Source: Octopus vulgaris
Taxonomy: Eukaryota
Direction of reading: 5' to 3'
NCBI GenBank assembly: GCA_951406725.2
Contig: OX597824.1
Span: 12,958,001-13,022,000 of the forward strand
Length of the DNA: 64,000 bases
Shown here: positions 36,246 through 51,321 of the stretch, in pieces
How positions within the stretch are numbered: position 1 is the stretch's first letter
How the letters are laid out: every line of letters starts with the position of its first letter
Translations under genes and position numbers: made by a program
Notes under the pieces: generated by a model
Told to the model about the DNA's origin: nothing
Seen by the model: only the letters and a program-made list of their open reading frames with translations
Database searches by the model: none

Positions 36246-37520
36246 TAGCAGTAGAAATGATTTAATAGTTAATGGTAGAAATCGTAGACTTTACATGGTA
36301 GAAAGCGTGTGTCAAGGAATTATTGTATTTCATTAATTTTCATTTCAACATTCCTGAGAAAAAAGTAAAGATGATGATGATGACGAAGAAGAAGAAGAAG
36401 AAGAAGAAGAAGAAGAAGAAGAAGAAGAAGAAGAAGAAGAAGAAGAGAGGAAAGATGCGAAGAATGACTCGAACGTTGGAGAGGAGTGGTTCATTCCCTT
36501 ACTCGCAATATACCAGGCACAGGTTGTGTGTGTCGTTAACAAGATGTTTTCCTGGAGTTAAAATGTAGTAACATAGTTCCAGCAGGCAGTAGATGCATTT
36601 AATTACGAGATAATTTGTCGAAAATCCACACTCAAAAGTACATTATATTAAAGCTGAAGACACTTAGGGAAGAAAAAAAGTGATTACTAGACATTGTTAT
36701 AATCTGTTCGAACCCACATCCAACTTTAGCGGTGGATGCATCAACTTACAAGCAAAGTGGAGCATCAACTTTTGAACGAACTAGTTTCACCTACCATTTG
36801 TTCGATTCTTAACGCTGTAGCTTTTAATATATATTTCTTTATTACCCACAAGTGGCTAAACACAGAGGGGAAAATAAGGACAGAAAAACGGATTAAGTCA
36901 ATTACATCGACACCAGTGCGTAACTGGTACTTAATTTATCGACCCCGGAAGGATGAAAGGCAAAGTCGACCTCGGCGGAATTTGAAATCAGAACGTAGCG
37001 GCAGACGAAATACCTATTTCTTTACTACCCACAAGGGGCTAAACATAGAGGGGACAAACAAGGACAGACAAACGTATTAAGTCAATTACATCGACCCCAG
37101 TGCGTAACTGGTACTTATCGACCCCGGAAAGATGAAAGGCAAAATCAACCTCGGCGGAATTTGAACTCAGAATGTAGCGGCAGACGAAATACCGCTAAGC
37201 ATCTCGCCCGACGTGCTAACGTTTCTGCCAGCTCGCCGCCTGTGTAGCTTTTCATGTAATTAACTTATTCTTCTTCCAGTTACTTAGTATGTTTGTTTGT
37301 TTGTTGGAATGATTTGTCAAAAATAATTGAACAGGAGAGAGTGATTTCTATTTCTATTTATGATATTCCAGAGGAAAACCAATAATTTAGCATCAAAGTA
37401 ACATTCACCGTATTGAATGAGATATTAAAAAATTAGGTGAATGTGCTCCTCACACATAATCGTTCAAAGTTGAGCGAACGCTTGTTGGTTATCATTCACG
37501 AAGGTCATCATTTAGGAAGG

Positions 37521-37912
37521 GTGGAGGCGCAATGGCCCAGTGGTTAGGGCAGCGGACTCGCGGTCATAGGATCCCGGTTTCGATTCCCAGACCGGGCGTT
37601 GTGAGTGTTTATTGAGCGAAAACACCTAAAGCTCCACCAGGCTCCGGCAGGGAATGGTGGTGATCCCTGCTGTACTATTTCACCACAACTTTCTCTCACT
37701 CTTACTTCCTGTTTCTGTTGTACCTGTATTTCAAAGGGCCGGCCTTGTCACTCTCTGTGTCACGCTGAATATCCCCGAGAACTACGTTAAGGGTACACGT
37801 GTCTGTGGAGTGCTCAGCCACTTACACGTTAATTTCACGAGCAGGCTGTTCCGTTGATTCGGATCAACCGGAACCCTCGTCGTCGTAACCGACGGAGTGC
37901 TTCCAACAACAA
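37521..37912 (+). mobile_element. Full-length tRNA-derived SINE with a 12-bp TSD
   Basis: CATTTAGGAAGG at 37509-20 and 37913-24; TGGCCCAGTGG...GGTTTCGATTCC head; (CAA)n tail. Related heads at 22231, 13980 and 41312. Confidence 0.85.
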
Positions 37913-38159
37913 CATTTAGGAAGGCGTAAATATAAAGTAAACCACGGATGGCGCTATCGTGGAAACATCTTTGCATGTCTGTGCTACTTTATTGAAGAAA
38001 CGTCTGGAACATCGGTGGTGCTTTACGAAGGCCAAAACACAACCGTTAACAATTCAAAGAGGCCGAAAGATGTGTTTGTAGCTGTTTAGGATATGTCCTA
38101 GGTTTCTATAGTAACTTGTAGGTTCAGATTAGATTAACTGCAACAGGGTTTAAATGAGG

Positions 38160-38800
38160 TTGGTAATAGTTAAAAAGTTCTGTTCTCAGAAATAGCCAAA
38201 ATGTTGGAATGCACAGCGACAAAAAGCTTGGACGATGATCGATAAAAATTTGAAGCTTGAGAAAAAGTTTCAAGAGAACAGAAAGCAAGAGGCTGGTGGG
38301 TGTTATAAGGTGATTTTCGAGGGGACACTGTACGAAGAAATGCTTAAGATATTGTATACAAAATTGGGGAGACAGTATCTAGAATATAGAAACCAGATCC
38401 GGTTCCTATGCAAAATGAAAGGTATGGAAATGGTACAAAATATACAACGAAAAGCTACAAAACTTGTCTTCGAACGAAAGTTCTCACATAGGGAACGACA
38501 TAAGAAGCTGGTTTTACCCAACTTTCATCACAAAAGATCACCCACGGAAACATGTCAGAGGTTTTTAAGATCAAGAATACAACCTACGATAAAGGAATGG
38601 GTGTGTTTATGAATCGGAAAGAAAAGCATCGAGGGGCACAATAAGAAAATGTACAACCAAAATGTTTGAGTGAACTTAAAAGAATACATTCATTTTGTTA
38701 GAGAGTATCTAGAAGAGTGTGGGGCAACTCAAAATCAGGAATTTGAAAGAAGACTGAATCAGGACTGGAAAAACAAAGAGCAAAGAGCAAAGATGCAACT
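38160..38800 (+). mobile_element. Degenerate CR1-type LINE 3' end (ORF2 C-terminus)
   Basis: VQNIQRKATKLV...FSHRERHKKLVLPNFHHKR and a downstream RGHNKKM, matching the CR1 E.VQRRATK.V...SYEERL..L.L..L..RR and RGH..KL motifs. Confidence 0.7.
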
Positions 38801-41800
38801 ATAAGGCAAAAATATATCGCCGTTGTGCGACCATTACAAAACCAAACCAAATGAGGTAAAAACTGATACTTCAAGCCTCACGAAGGACTATAACTAGAAA
38901 TCACTTATGAGAGTGAGTTTAACGTTTGGTGTGTCAGTCCATTATTTGATGGCACTAAGGTTGCTAAGATCGACTAAGAACGTTTGAAGACGGATCTTCA
39001 GCATGGCCACAGTTCAACGAATGAAAGCAGTAAATGAATAAAATTGTGTGTGCATGCGTGCGTGTGTATGTGTGCGTGCATGTGTGCGTACGTGCGCTTC
39101 AGTATATGCACGTTCGGAAAAAAATCCTTATCCAGATATTATACGATATTCTTATTAAGATTTTGTGTTGTTTGTTTGTAGAATATCTAAAGTATGTTTG
39201 TCTACCACACTGTTTGGTAAAATTTCTGAGTGCTGTTGTCTGTTTTAGTTTTAATAGAGGATATATAAAAGTCTATATAATTCCAAAGCTGGTGTCTCCT
39301 AAAGCATTGAATATATGAAAAAAATAGAGGAAAAATAAAGTTGAATACTTTCCGAAGACACTGTAACTATTATTACGTCATAATAAAAACATTTTGAAAG
39401 AGTAAAGCTCCAACATCTTTCGCTTTGAGTAAATGATATTTATCTTATTTCAAACGGTGATTCACTAATTAACAGAACGCTAATTACATGACGTCATAAA
39501 CGAATATTTCTTTGTCTGAAAAGACTAGAGCAAAATTTTCCTAAACATCGGTAAAGAAATGTATTTTTTAAATTTATGCGTAAGGCCTGGAATTTACAGA
39601 CGTTCTGAGATATATAAAATTAATTTATTTGATTGAATATGATACACTTTTAACAGAAGGTAAATAACTCTTTCTTTGATTATCCATCAATAATCGAAAT
39701 ATTTTGTTTAGTAAAGAAAGAGTTATCTATCTTCGTTTTGAATAATCTCACTTGCGCGTACATCATTTCCATTCTTCACTATTTTTCTTTCCATGTCCTT
39801 CAATGTTCTACACAGTTTCTGATATTTCTTTAGTATGTTTTTCTTCATAAATAAATCTGTACGTAGGTATATATATATACAAAGAATAAGTCCTGGGGTC
39901 GAGTTGCTCGAATAAAGGCGGTGCTCCAGCATAGCCACAGTCAAATGACTGAAACAAGTAAAAGAGTAAAAGAGTTAATATGTGTATATGAAATGTTAAT
40001 GTGTGTATGCATTTCTTTATACATGTGAACATATGGAACTTTGTAGCTCTACGCTTGTATGGGTTGTGTGTGGTACTTTTGTTTTTAGTTAAGAGGGAAG
40101 GTAGTGCACCTGTCTAATTACTGGGCCGCCGAAACTAGTGGTAGTAGAGGGTAGCGTAGCTCAAAACAAAAACCTGGCCCGAATACTTGGAACTCAGTGA
40201 ACTCCGATAAAGAAAAGCAAGGTGTCAAATGGTGAAAATATTGCAAGACATTCTTACTGTCCTGCAAATGCGTTACTCTGGATTAGTACGTTTCAGCACA
40301 ATCGTTTTGTCTCCACCTATTTGGCGCCATTGGTTCGACGCTGACTTATCTGACATCAGAAGCTTCAATACTTACTTTATCGACCCCGAAAGAATGAAAG
40401 GTAAAGCCGACCTCGGTGGAATTTGAACTCAGAACGTAGCGGCAGACGAAATACCTATCTCTATTTCTTTACTACCCACAAGGGGCTAAACACAGAGAGG
40501 ATACACACGGACAGACAAACGGATTATGTCGATTATATCGACCCCGAAAGGATGAAAGGCAAAGTCGATCTCAGAACGTAGCGGCAGACAAAATGCCGCT
40601 AAGAATTTTGCCCGACGTGCTAACGTCTCGGCCAGCTAGCCGCCTTATGTCTATATTCCTGCATACACGTACATGTGTGTGTGTGTGTGTATGTGTGTGT
40701 GTGTGTGTGTATTTGTGTGTGTGTATTTGCTTGTAGTCCCCAAAAGCGTTATCGCCCAAACAGGTTCCATGTCTAGTTAGCCGTACCAAACCCCCAGGAT
40801 CCAAACAGCTGCGTCTAATCGTTTTCTTTCGGTTTGTATCGACTCCGATTATTTTCTGTCACTTCAGCTTCAAGGATTGTTGTACTTATGGTCTCTGCTC
40901 CAGATCATTTCATGATTCTGGTGATTGAATCCACAGTAATAATCACCCTGTTACTTGCTTCAGTTACAACCAGTTCCCCTTCAGCTAGGCGTGTCACAAT
41001 ATGACCTCTAATGCAAATTCTTTTATGCGCCCGGTTTCCCAGTTCCTGTGGCGTATGTGTTCCCCACCAGCTGGACGGGACGCCAGTCCATCGCCGCGTT
41101 ACTCAAGAAACAGGAAGAAAGAGTGAGAGAAAGTTGGGGCGAAAGCGTACAACAGGGGTCGCCACCCCCACCCCCCTGCTGGAGCTTCCTGGAGCTTTTA
41201 GGTGTTTTCCCTCAATAAACACACACAACACCCGGTCTGGGAATCGAAATCGAAACCGCGATCCTCCGACCGCGAGTCCGCTGCCCTAACCACTGGGCCA
41301 TTGTGCCTCCACCTAATGCAAATAGCTTTGCAATATATATATCTTTCGTTGTCGTCGTCGTCGTCGTCATCGTCATCATCCCTTGGACATTACTGTCTTA
41401 AGACCTAGGCCTCATAGTACAGGTTACCCGGTTTTCATGGCGTATAAGAGACCGAGATCTTAACATTTACCCTGAACTGGAAGCCAGTCCGTCGTAGAAT
41501 TAGTCATTAAAAGTGCTGAGTGGGCTGGAGCACTGTGAAATGAATCGTTTTGCTCAAGAACTCAACAAACTGTCTGATATGGAAATCGAAACCACAATAT
41601 TGCGGTAATGAGCGTAACGCCCTAACCACTAGGCTACAGGCCTTCACTAAAGTTCAGGAAAGACGGCTCTGTTCCAACTTGTTTCTTCATCACAACAAAT
41701 GACACAGGTCTCTATGAAAATTTGCAGAAGGTCGCTTGATATTTTCCTCGGAATAAATGACGGCAACAAGTTTCATGTCAGGATGTACGAATTTGTAAGG

Positions 41801-42262
41801 CTAGAATGTTGCACCAAAATCTTTGAGAATGTTATGGAAGTTTATGATGTTTCCCTATGTACATACAACAACAGAATTTCCAAGTAGTCAAACAAGTTTT
41901 TCATTGGTTTGTTTTCACCAAAAACATTCAACTTTTTCTCAGTTATCACATTTTAAACTAAAGAAATCAGTCGCCACCGTGCAGTCTATACAACTAGTCA
42001 CTGCAAGTTAAAACAAATGTTTATTTTGATGGTGTATTTAAGTTTTTGTTCTAAATAAAGACAACTTTAATGAAACCGAAAGAAATAAGTATTAAATGTC
42101 TGAACATGTATGCATGCATACATACATACATACATACATACATACAGACACACACATACATATATATATGCAGATATACACACATATACACATATATTTA
42201 TATACATCTTTCCATCTATATACATATATATATATATATCTCAATCTCCTCCTCTCTCTCTG

Positions 42263-42335
<73 letters not shown>

Positions 42336-42366
42336 CTATCTATCTGTCTATCTATCTTTCTGTCTA

Positions 42367-42447
<81 letters not shown>

Positions 42448-43127
42448 GATGTGTGTGTGTGTGTGCGCGCGCGCACGTGCATTTGTGCGTATGTATATAT
42501 GTGTGCTTGTGTTTATAAAACTAAAAGCAGCATTGAAGAAATGACTCAATAAAAATCCTAGTCTTTATACTTGTAAAACAAAATGATTGTCACCGTGAAG
42601 TTTCGCCAAAAATGGTTTGTCGGGTACCGAAATATTTTTTAAAACCATACAGCTAATAAGTAAAGAATTAACGACTGTGTAAGGAGGAAAGCTTTGTTAA
42701 AACTGCAAGGGGTTGATATGATCTTTAGCATCTCCAAAGTTAGAATCTATGAGAGCAGTGAATTGCTAGAATCGTAAAAAGTGTCAGACAACAAAATGAC
42801 TTTTGGTACTGTATAAGCTAAATTCAAAATCCATCGAAGTCAACTTTGGGTTACATCCTTCCAGAATTGATAAAAGAATAATTAATCAAGTATAAAGCCT
42901 GATTTAATCGACTAAATATTTCGTCTCAGAGCGTGTGACCTCGTGTAAAAAGTTAAAAAGCCATTGAGGTCAATCATATCTTTATTCTTTCTGGAGTCAA
43001 TAAGCGGACTCCCAAACAAGTGTTTGGTTCAATTTAATCGGTTGAATCCCACACCAAAGAAATCTGAAGCCTTATCAAAAAAAAAAAAAAATCAATATTT
43101 GCGTTCTGAATTCAAAATGCCACCGAA

Positions 43128-43675
43128 GTCGATTTTAACTATAATTCTTCTTCTTCTTCTTCTTCTTCTTCTTCTTCTTCTTCTTCTTCTTCTTCTTCTT
43201 CTTCTCCTCCTCCTCCTCCTCCTCCTCCTCCTCCTCCTTCTTCTTCTTCTTCTTCTTCTTCTCCTCCTCCTCCTCCTCCTTCTTCTTCTTCTTCTTCTTC
43301 TTCTTCTTCTTCTTCTTCTTCTTCTTTCAGGATCAATAAACGAACGATAACAAATCAGCTTTCTGGTTCGGCTTAATCGACCAAAACCTGGTATCGAAAT
43401 ATGTCGATTTTAACTATAATTCTTCTTCTTCTTCTTCTTCTTCTTCTTCTTCTTCTTCTTCTTCTTCTTCTTCTTCTCCTCCTCCTCCTCCTCCTCCTCC
43501 TCCTCCTCCTCTTCTTCTTCTCCTCCTCCTCCTCCTTCTTCTTCTTCTTCTTCTTCTTCTTCTTCTTCTTCTTCTTCTTCTTCTTCTTCTTCTTCTTTCA
43601 GGATCAATAAACGAACGATAACAAATCAGCTTTCTGGTTCGGCTTAATCGACCAAAACCTGGTATCGAAATATGT
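43128..43675 (+). repeat. Tandem duplication (~275 bp) containing a (CTT)n/(CCT)n compound microsatellite
   Basis: Identical unique flanks GTCGATTTTAACTATAATT and TTTCAGGATCAATAAACGAACG...GAAATATGT in both copies. Confidence 0.9.
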
Positions 43676-43999
43676 GACCTCCATGTCACTGTTAAATAAT
43701 AATAATAATAATAATACCTTTGTTGTAAATATTATAATGCGTTCATTAAATTGTTTTGTGAAAAGAACAATAAAAAAAAAAAACCCAAAGCGACCTCTAC
43801 TTTTGTATCCTATCTCTCATCATTCCTGATATTTTAGTTCATTTCAGATTCACCAAAATCAAATCAATTTCTTTAAATTTCTTTAACCAAGTTCTTGCAG
43901 AATTTCTTCTGAATATTCGACCAATGTCAGATTCAAAACTATATTCTTCGGCATTCATATTCATAACGGGTTAACACATTCTTGGATTCTTTGACAGTT

Positions 44000-44002
44000 A
44001 TT

Positions 44003-44037
<35 letters not shown>

Positions 44038-44774
44038 CTCTCCCCTTTCTTTCTTTCCTTCTTTCTTTCCTTCTTTCTTTCTTTCTTTCTTTCTTTCCCC
44101 TTCTTTCTTTTTTCTTTCTCTCCCTCCCTTCCTTTCTTCCTTTCTTCCTTTCTTTCTCTCCCTCCTCCTTTCTTTATTTCCTTCTCTCCCTCCTCTTTCC
44201 TTTCTTTCTTTCATTCTTTCTTTCTCTCCCTCCTCCTTTCTTTATTTCCTCTTCTCCCTCCTCTTTCCTTTCTTTCTTTCATTCTTTCTTTCTTTCTCTC
44301 CTTCCTTCCTTCTTTATTTCCTTCTCTCTCCTCCTCTTTCCTTTCTTTCTTTCATTCTTTCTTTCTTTCTCTCCTTCCTTCCTTCTTTATTTCCTTCTCT
44401 CCCTCCTCTTTTCTCTTTTTCCTTTCCTTTCTTTCCTCATCTTTTCCATACTTTCTTTTTCCTTTCCTTTCCCTTTCTTTAGTTCCATTCCATTCTGTAG
44501 ACATTCCACATCGCTATTCAACATGTGATATCTTTTAAGTACTTTCACCTCCTCCCCCACGGTTCATCAGATTCATTTCCCCAACAATTAACAAGTTCGC
44601 TGCCGCAGCTGTTTCGTGACGTCATCACAAGCCAAATGTCTTTCAGTAATCAAGGATACTTAAAAAACAACCAACAACAACAACAAAAAACAAATGCAAA
44701 GCTAAAACAAAATATTATTCACAACTAAAATACACATGTCTTGTTTCTAAGTTTTTATTTACTCCAAACACACG

Positions 44775-44847
<73 letters not shown>

Positions 44848-44894
44848 CACACACACACACGCACAACACACATATGCATACACACACACGCACA

Positions 44895-44925
<31 letters not shown>

Positions 44926-45560
44926 CATATGCACACGCACAACACACACACACACACGCACAACACACACACACACACACACAACACACGCACACACATA
45001 CACACACACACACACACACGCACAACACACACACGCACACACACACACACATACACACACACATACACACACACACACACACGCACAACACACATATGCA
45101 CACGCATACATATATGCATACACGTCTTTCTACCCATCTACTTTCACTTTCAGTATCTTTCTCTTTCTTTTTCTATTTCTCTCTTCCTCTTCCCCTCACT
45201 GTATAACCGTACTAATTCCTTCTTTTACACACACACACACACACACACACAGAGGCACACTTGTTCTTTCTTTATCTCTCTTTCTCTCTCTCTCTCTCTT
45301 GCTCTCCCTCTCCGTCTCTCTTTGTCTACAACTTACTACCCCTCTCTATTCATGTCTTTATCATCTTGATTATTTTCTCCCAGCACATCCCTTCCCTCTC
45401 TTCCTCTCTTTCTTTCTCCCTATCTCTCGACTACTTATTTTCTCCATTGTCTCTATATCTCTCCCTCTATTCTCTCACTCTCTCTCTCGGTCTCTCTCTC
45501 TCTCTCTCTCTCGGTCTCTCTCCCTCTCTCTCTCGGTCTCTCTCTCTTTATCACTCCTGT
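44000..45560 (+). repeat. Low-complexity block: polypyrimidine, (CA)n and (CT)n
   Basis: Seen directly. Confidence 0.9.
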
Positions 45561-45993
45561 TCCTTCCTTTCTGCTTTTTTTCCTAGTCACCAGTTTTCAA
45601 TTAATAATAATAATAGAACCAACTATATTTTCCCCCTACATTCTTTAGAAAGAACTTTCAGGAAATAGCATTTCTTTATGTCGAAGACATCTTTTATAAC
45701 TCAGAGAATGTACAGAAAATGGATAGGCTAAGCCCCTCTGGTGAGATCGATGCGGTTGATGTTTAGCTAATGTAAATCCGTAGATAGGAGACATCAATGT
45801 GTCTCTTGGGAACATGGGTTTGAACCTGGAAAGTGCCTCTTCAAGTTTTAGAGATGGACAAAGTTTTTTTATGGACGACCATTAATTATCAATGTAAGTC
45901 TACTCTCTCTCTCTCTCTCTGTCTCTTTGTCTGTCTCTCTGTCTCTCTCTGTCAGTCTGTCTCTCTTTGTCTCTGTCTATCTGACTGTCTATT

Positions 45994-46024
<31 letters not shown>

Positions 46025-46866
46025 GTCTTTCTCTCTGTCTCCCCCCTCTCTCTCTCTGCGGCACCATTGTTGCTCAAAGGAAAGACAAGGACCGTTAAAA
46101 CTTGGTGTTGAGGCAGGTTTTTCCGTCGGAACGCTAAAAGTGAAACATATACCGCAAGGCATCCGGTTTTATTTTCTAACAATCCCGCTAATCCACAGCT
46201 CTCGTTTGGTACTTTATTTATCAACCACCCCCGAAAGGATGAAAAGCCTAGTTAACTTTGATAGGATTTGAAAATTAAACTCAGACAGCCGTAACAAACA
46301 CTTCCAATGTATTATATCCGATGTTGGGACAACTTTGCCAATTTATCATCTACCTGTAAGTCACTGTCCGCAGAAATCGTTAAACGTCAGGCTCCAAAAA
46401 TGTTATCGTACCGAGACTCGAAGCCACGGCCTTATGATCGAGATTTCAATAGCCTGTTGTCTGAAGTTAGCCTTAATCTAAATCACAATGTTAGGCTTCG
46501 AATATATGACCTTCACCGACCGATCACAACTCAATATTAAAAATCGTTAACAGCCGGGTAAAACGCTCAGCGGCATTTCGTCTGTCTTAAGTCCTGAGTT
46601 CAAATTCTACCGAGGTCGTCTTTGCCTTTCCTCTTCTCGGAGTCCATAAAATAAGTACCAGTTGAGTACTAAGGTCAATGTAAATTACTAACCCAGCTCC
46701 CTAGAAACTGTTGGTTTTGTGCCGAAATTTGAAACCAATATTGAATATTTGAATTTAATCAACAACTTTCTATATTAATGTAATTTCTTGAGTATTTCCA
46801 AAGAGGGAGAAATACATACTTGAGATGTATTGATGGCAAGTTCTTAATTCTTGATAGAGTCGGAAG

Positions 46867-47112
46867 TTATGACATATGTTGGGTTATGACATATGTTGTG
46901 TCGTTATGTATTATGACATATGTTGTGTTATGACATATGTTGTGTTATGACATATGTTGTGTCGTTATGCGTTATGACATATGCTGTGTCGTTATGTGTT
47001 ATGACATATGTTGTGTTATGACATATGTTGTGTTATAACATATGTTGTGTTATGACATATGTTGTGTTATGACATATGTTGTGTGGTTATGTGTTATGAC
47101 ATATGTTGGGTT
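46867..47112 (+). repeat. Minisatellite with a 19-bp core TGTTATGACATATGTTGTG
   Basis: About 10 direct copies with 10-nt insert variants. Confidence 0.9.
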
Positions 47113-48521
47113 GTGAGCATTTTAAGCTAGGCGGAGCCCATCCTTCGCCAAATCTGAACACAACCGATTTTTTCCAGAGAGAAAATGTCAAAGAGAGGAA
47201 TCGACCCCCAGGATAGAGAACTGGTATTTATTTATCTATCAATCTCGAAAAAAAAAATGAATGGTGACATTTGAACTTAGAGTGCAGAGATCCGGAACGC
47301 AATCTAATCGACGCTCTGACGACTTGCCAAATCTCCGCCTTAAAAATTCATTAATCTACTTGTTTAAGATAACAAACTACAACCACATAGTTGCAATTCA
47401 GAAAACAAATTCTGCTATAAACAAAACCTGAGCTTGACTAAGAAATAATCAATGAGGTGAGATATACCTCATCTGTTTAACATCAATGATAAGTGAATGA
47501 TCTCAAGCACAGATCGATACCAAGTACTTTTCTTGTTGCACGTTTTTTGTTCCTAAGTTAGTCCTGATTGAGAAGATCTATAACCAATAGTTGGTACTCC
47601 GAGTCCAATCTGCTGTTTTATTCATGCTTTGTTATCCAGTGTGCCTATCATTTATTAAAATAAGTAGACTGTGATTCCAGAGAGATTTGACTTCTATTTC
47701 TAGCTTGTCGTTCGAATGACCACACTGAGGTTCCGTCTTGTTTCATTATTCTTTCTAATTTTGGCATTGGGCCAACAATTTTCAGGAGAGAGGAAGTCGA
47801 TTCCATCGACCGCAGTGCTCAACTGGTATGTATTTTATCGATGCCAAAAGAGGAAAAGGCAATGTCAACTTCGGCGGCTTTTGGACTCAGAACTTAAAGA
47901 ATCGGAAGAAATGCTGCTCAGCATTTTGTCCGGCGCGCAAACGATTCTGCCAGCTGGCCGCATTTCATTGGTTCGATATTAACAACTTGTAAGGTGTCGA
48001 GCTGGCGGAATCGTTAGCATGCCGGGAAAAACGCTTCGTGTCATTTCGTCCGTCTTTTCGTTATGAGTTCAAATTCCAACAAAGTTCACTTTCCCTTTTG
48101 GGATCGATAAAATAAGCACACGTTGAACACTGGGATTGATGTAATCGAATTACCCCTTGGCCCAAAATTGCTTGTCTTACGCCTAAATTTGAAACCAATA
48201 TTGATAACCCAGGTGAGCTTTCATCGAACAGGCCTACGATCAAAGGTATTCATAATGTGGCGATCCTTCCTTTTTATGTGCAAAGAAGCCAGGCACATTA
48301 TATAATATACTTATTTTCTTAAGACAGTGGGGTGCGATTTCAAGAAAAATGACAGCAATTTTTCGTGGTTAGTCGACTGGGTAGAAATTCTATGATTGGG
48401 TTTAAAGGCAGCGAGTAAAAAAGAGGAAACAAAATCTAGCTAAAATTAGTTAAATTACTAAAACCATTGATATGTTTGGAATAGGTATCAGATCAAATTT
48501 TTAAAATGAAAAACGGTACAT

Positions 48522-48553
48522 CACTGGTACAAATTTTATCACCTCAGCAGGAA

Positions 48554-48604
<51 letters not shown>

Positions 48605-49074
48605 AATATGTGTGTGTGTGAGTGTATAGGCAAAATTTTTTTAATGGTGGGGAAAAAAGGCAAAAGTAAAAAATATCCAAAGCACCGGGCTAAAAAAATT
48701 TGCTTTTTATATTTTGAGACGTGTTTCGTAAGCTATTTGACGAAGAGAATAACAAAAATTATATCGGTTTTTCCCTATCACCTACACGTTTGAAGCTATT
48801 AATAAAGAAAAAAAAAAAACTTCTTTTCGTTTTTGGCCATTTTTTATAAGTTCTTTGAACACTTATCCCATTAACTGACAACATGTACAAAAAGCTTTTT
48901 AATGTATATTTTGTGAACTTAAATACCATATATAATATCAGCTTGGAATAATATAATTTATCTTTGTTTTTTTTAAATATTTATTTCGTTTTATTTTTCA
49001 GGTATTTTTCAGATATAAATCATAAATTCACTTTACACTTCATAATGACTTCACGAGACTGCATTAATAGCCTA

Positions 49075-49149
<75 letters not shown>

Positions 49150-49270
49150 ATATATGTATATATATATATTTATGTATATATATATATATATGTATGTATG
49201 TATGCATATGTATATATATATATATGTGTGAATGCATATATATATATATATATATGCATATATGTATATG

Positions 49271-49361
<91 letters not shown>

Positions 49362-50200
49362 GATATGTAGTGTATATGTTGCTAAAAGGCAAAGAGAAGA
49401 CTTAGAAGATTTTGTTAAGACAATTTATTATGCTTGCTTCAGTATAAAATTAGAATTAGGAGTTCAAGACAAAAGCTGAGCTCGAGCGATACAATACCTT
49501 TTTTTCCCCCTATAGCGATATATAGCAGCACCGAGAATTTGGAATTATGGTGAAAAGAAAAGTGCAGAATTTAAAATTTATAAGGTACGGCATGAGATTA
49601 AATACCACACCAACGATTGCTATTTTCATGAAATGCAAATTTGAAGAACAAAATAGCAAGAATAAAATAAAAACTAACTTCTATCTTCCGTAAACCATTA
49701 GGCTCGTACCCTATTATTTGTCAATTTCCCTCATTCTTCTGTCATTGAGGGTCACATCATTGAGGATCGAGAGATGTAGGCCAAGCAGCCGAGTAAGCAT
49801 AACTCTCTAAAGCACAATAAATGTCACTAATAATAAAATATTCGAAACAACCAAAATATCAGTCTTCTCGGCACAAACTCACAAAACATTGCTTACGGTA
49901 TGTCGGCAGTTACATCAGGAAGTTATTGAAAAACATGTTTAAAAAATTTATTTAGGCCAGTAGCTTCATTTTTTATTTCCTCATCTCGGTCGTTTTCTCG
50001 ATTAATTACATGTTTGTGAGAAACAGCGGGCAACGCTCTACCAGTATATCAAAACGACGGAGAGAAGATATGAAGAAATCGATAGAAATGGTAAGTAAAT
50101 ATAACGGAGGAGATTTTGGTTCCGTTTACAACGAGATTTACCTAATGCACAACGGAGAGATCGCAATAAGCAAAAGCTATAGATTTAGTCTTCAGAAGCT
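48522..50200 (+). mobile_element. Degenerate Chapaev3-like (CMC) DNA transposon interrupted by microsatellites
   Basis: CACTGG terminus at 48522. Remnants [51 protein letters not shown] and LYQYIKTTERRY occur in the order of the family motifs as I recall them (YFG.KLGDQDK.WAPH, H..DCYFC, HFLHSHLD.F, FHQDIK.MERRY). Confidence 0.65.
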
Positions 50201-51321
50201 ATAATCTACATTAATCTCATGAACATTACTATCTCGTGTTCTAGGACTCATAGGGCCAATTGCCTGGCTCCCTTGGTGTGTAAGTGACAGAGGTCACAAC
50301 GTTGACCCTGAAGGGGATGCTAGTCTGTCGCAGGGTTACTCAGTAATTGCGAAGTGGAGAGGAGCAATATGAAACGAATTCTTTTAGTAAGGACCACAAT
50401 GCACTGCTCGGTTCGGGAATCGAAACCACGACCTTGCGCCGCCAGAAGTTATGCATGCATAATTTTCAGGTCTTTAATTTACATTCGTTCTTACTGATAT
50501 TAAGGCAAAAAAAGAATAAAAATGTTTCTTATTACTGTTTTTCTCTTCCAGTCCTCCATATAAAAAAAAAGCCTCACTCACGGAGGTTCTTCCAATATAC
50601 TCGCCGTAACTTATATTGTTCTTTATTGCCCCACAAGGGGCTAAACATAGAGGGGACAAACAAAGACAGACAAACGAATTAAGTCGATTACATCGACCCC
50701 GAAAGTATGAAAAGCAAAGTCGAACTCGGCGGAATTTGAACTCAGAACATAACAGCAAACGAAATACGGCTACACATTTCGCCCGGTGTGCTAACGTTTG
50801 TGCCAGCTCGCCGCCTTAACTCGCTGTAAGTTTATAACCTTAAAACTATATCATAAAATCAAAACCTAAATTTTTACAACGTGCACTTCACTATAGGTTT
50901 CATTAAAATAGATCACACTTTACGATAAATGAGATTCATTACCCACCTGTTATAAGAAAAAAGAAATTAAAAACAAGCCAAAAGATGTTTTTTTAATCAA
51001 TGTACAGAAATTAATCAATATCGCATAAGAGACTGTAAAAATCGATATAAAAGTTTTATGTGTAGTTGCGAAGGCACACTGCTATTTCTTTCAATTCACT
51101 GCCCTACTGTTGCTATCCTTCGAAGGATACAAGACCAATTTATGGTAGAGAATGATTATAGGTAAGAGGATCGATCTCAGTGCAATACTGGTACTTATTC
51201 TGTCGAATAGGGGCTAGGGGCCATTTCAAGTGAAATGTAAATATTTAATCCGACTTTCTACAATCCTGCCATCTCATTGCATCAGTAAAATATATTGTTA
51301 GAACCATCTTGTGTAACAAGG

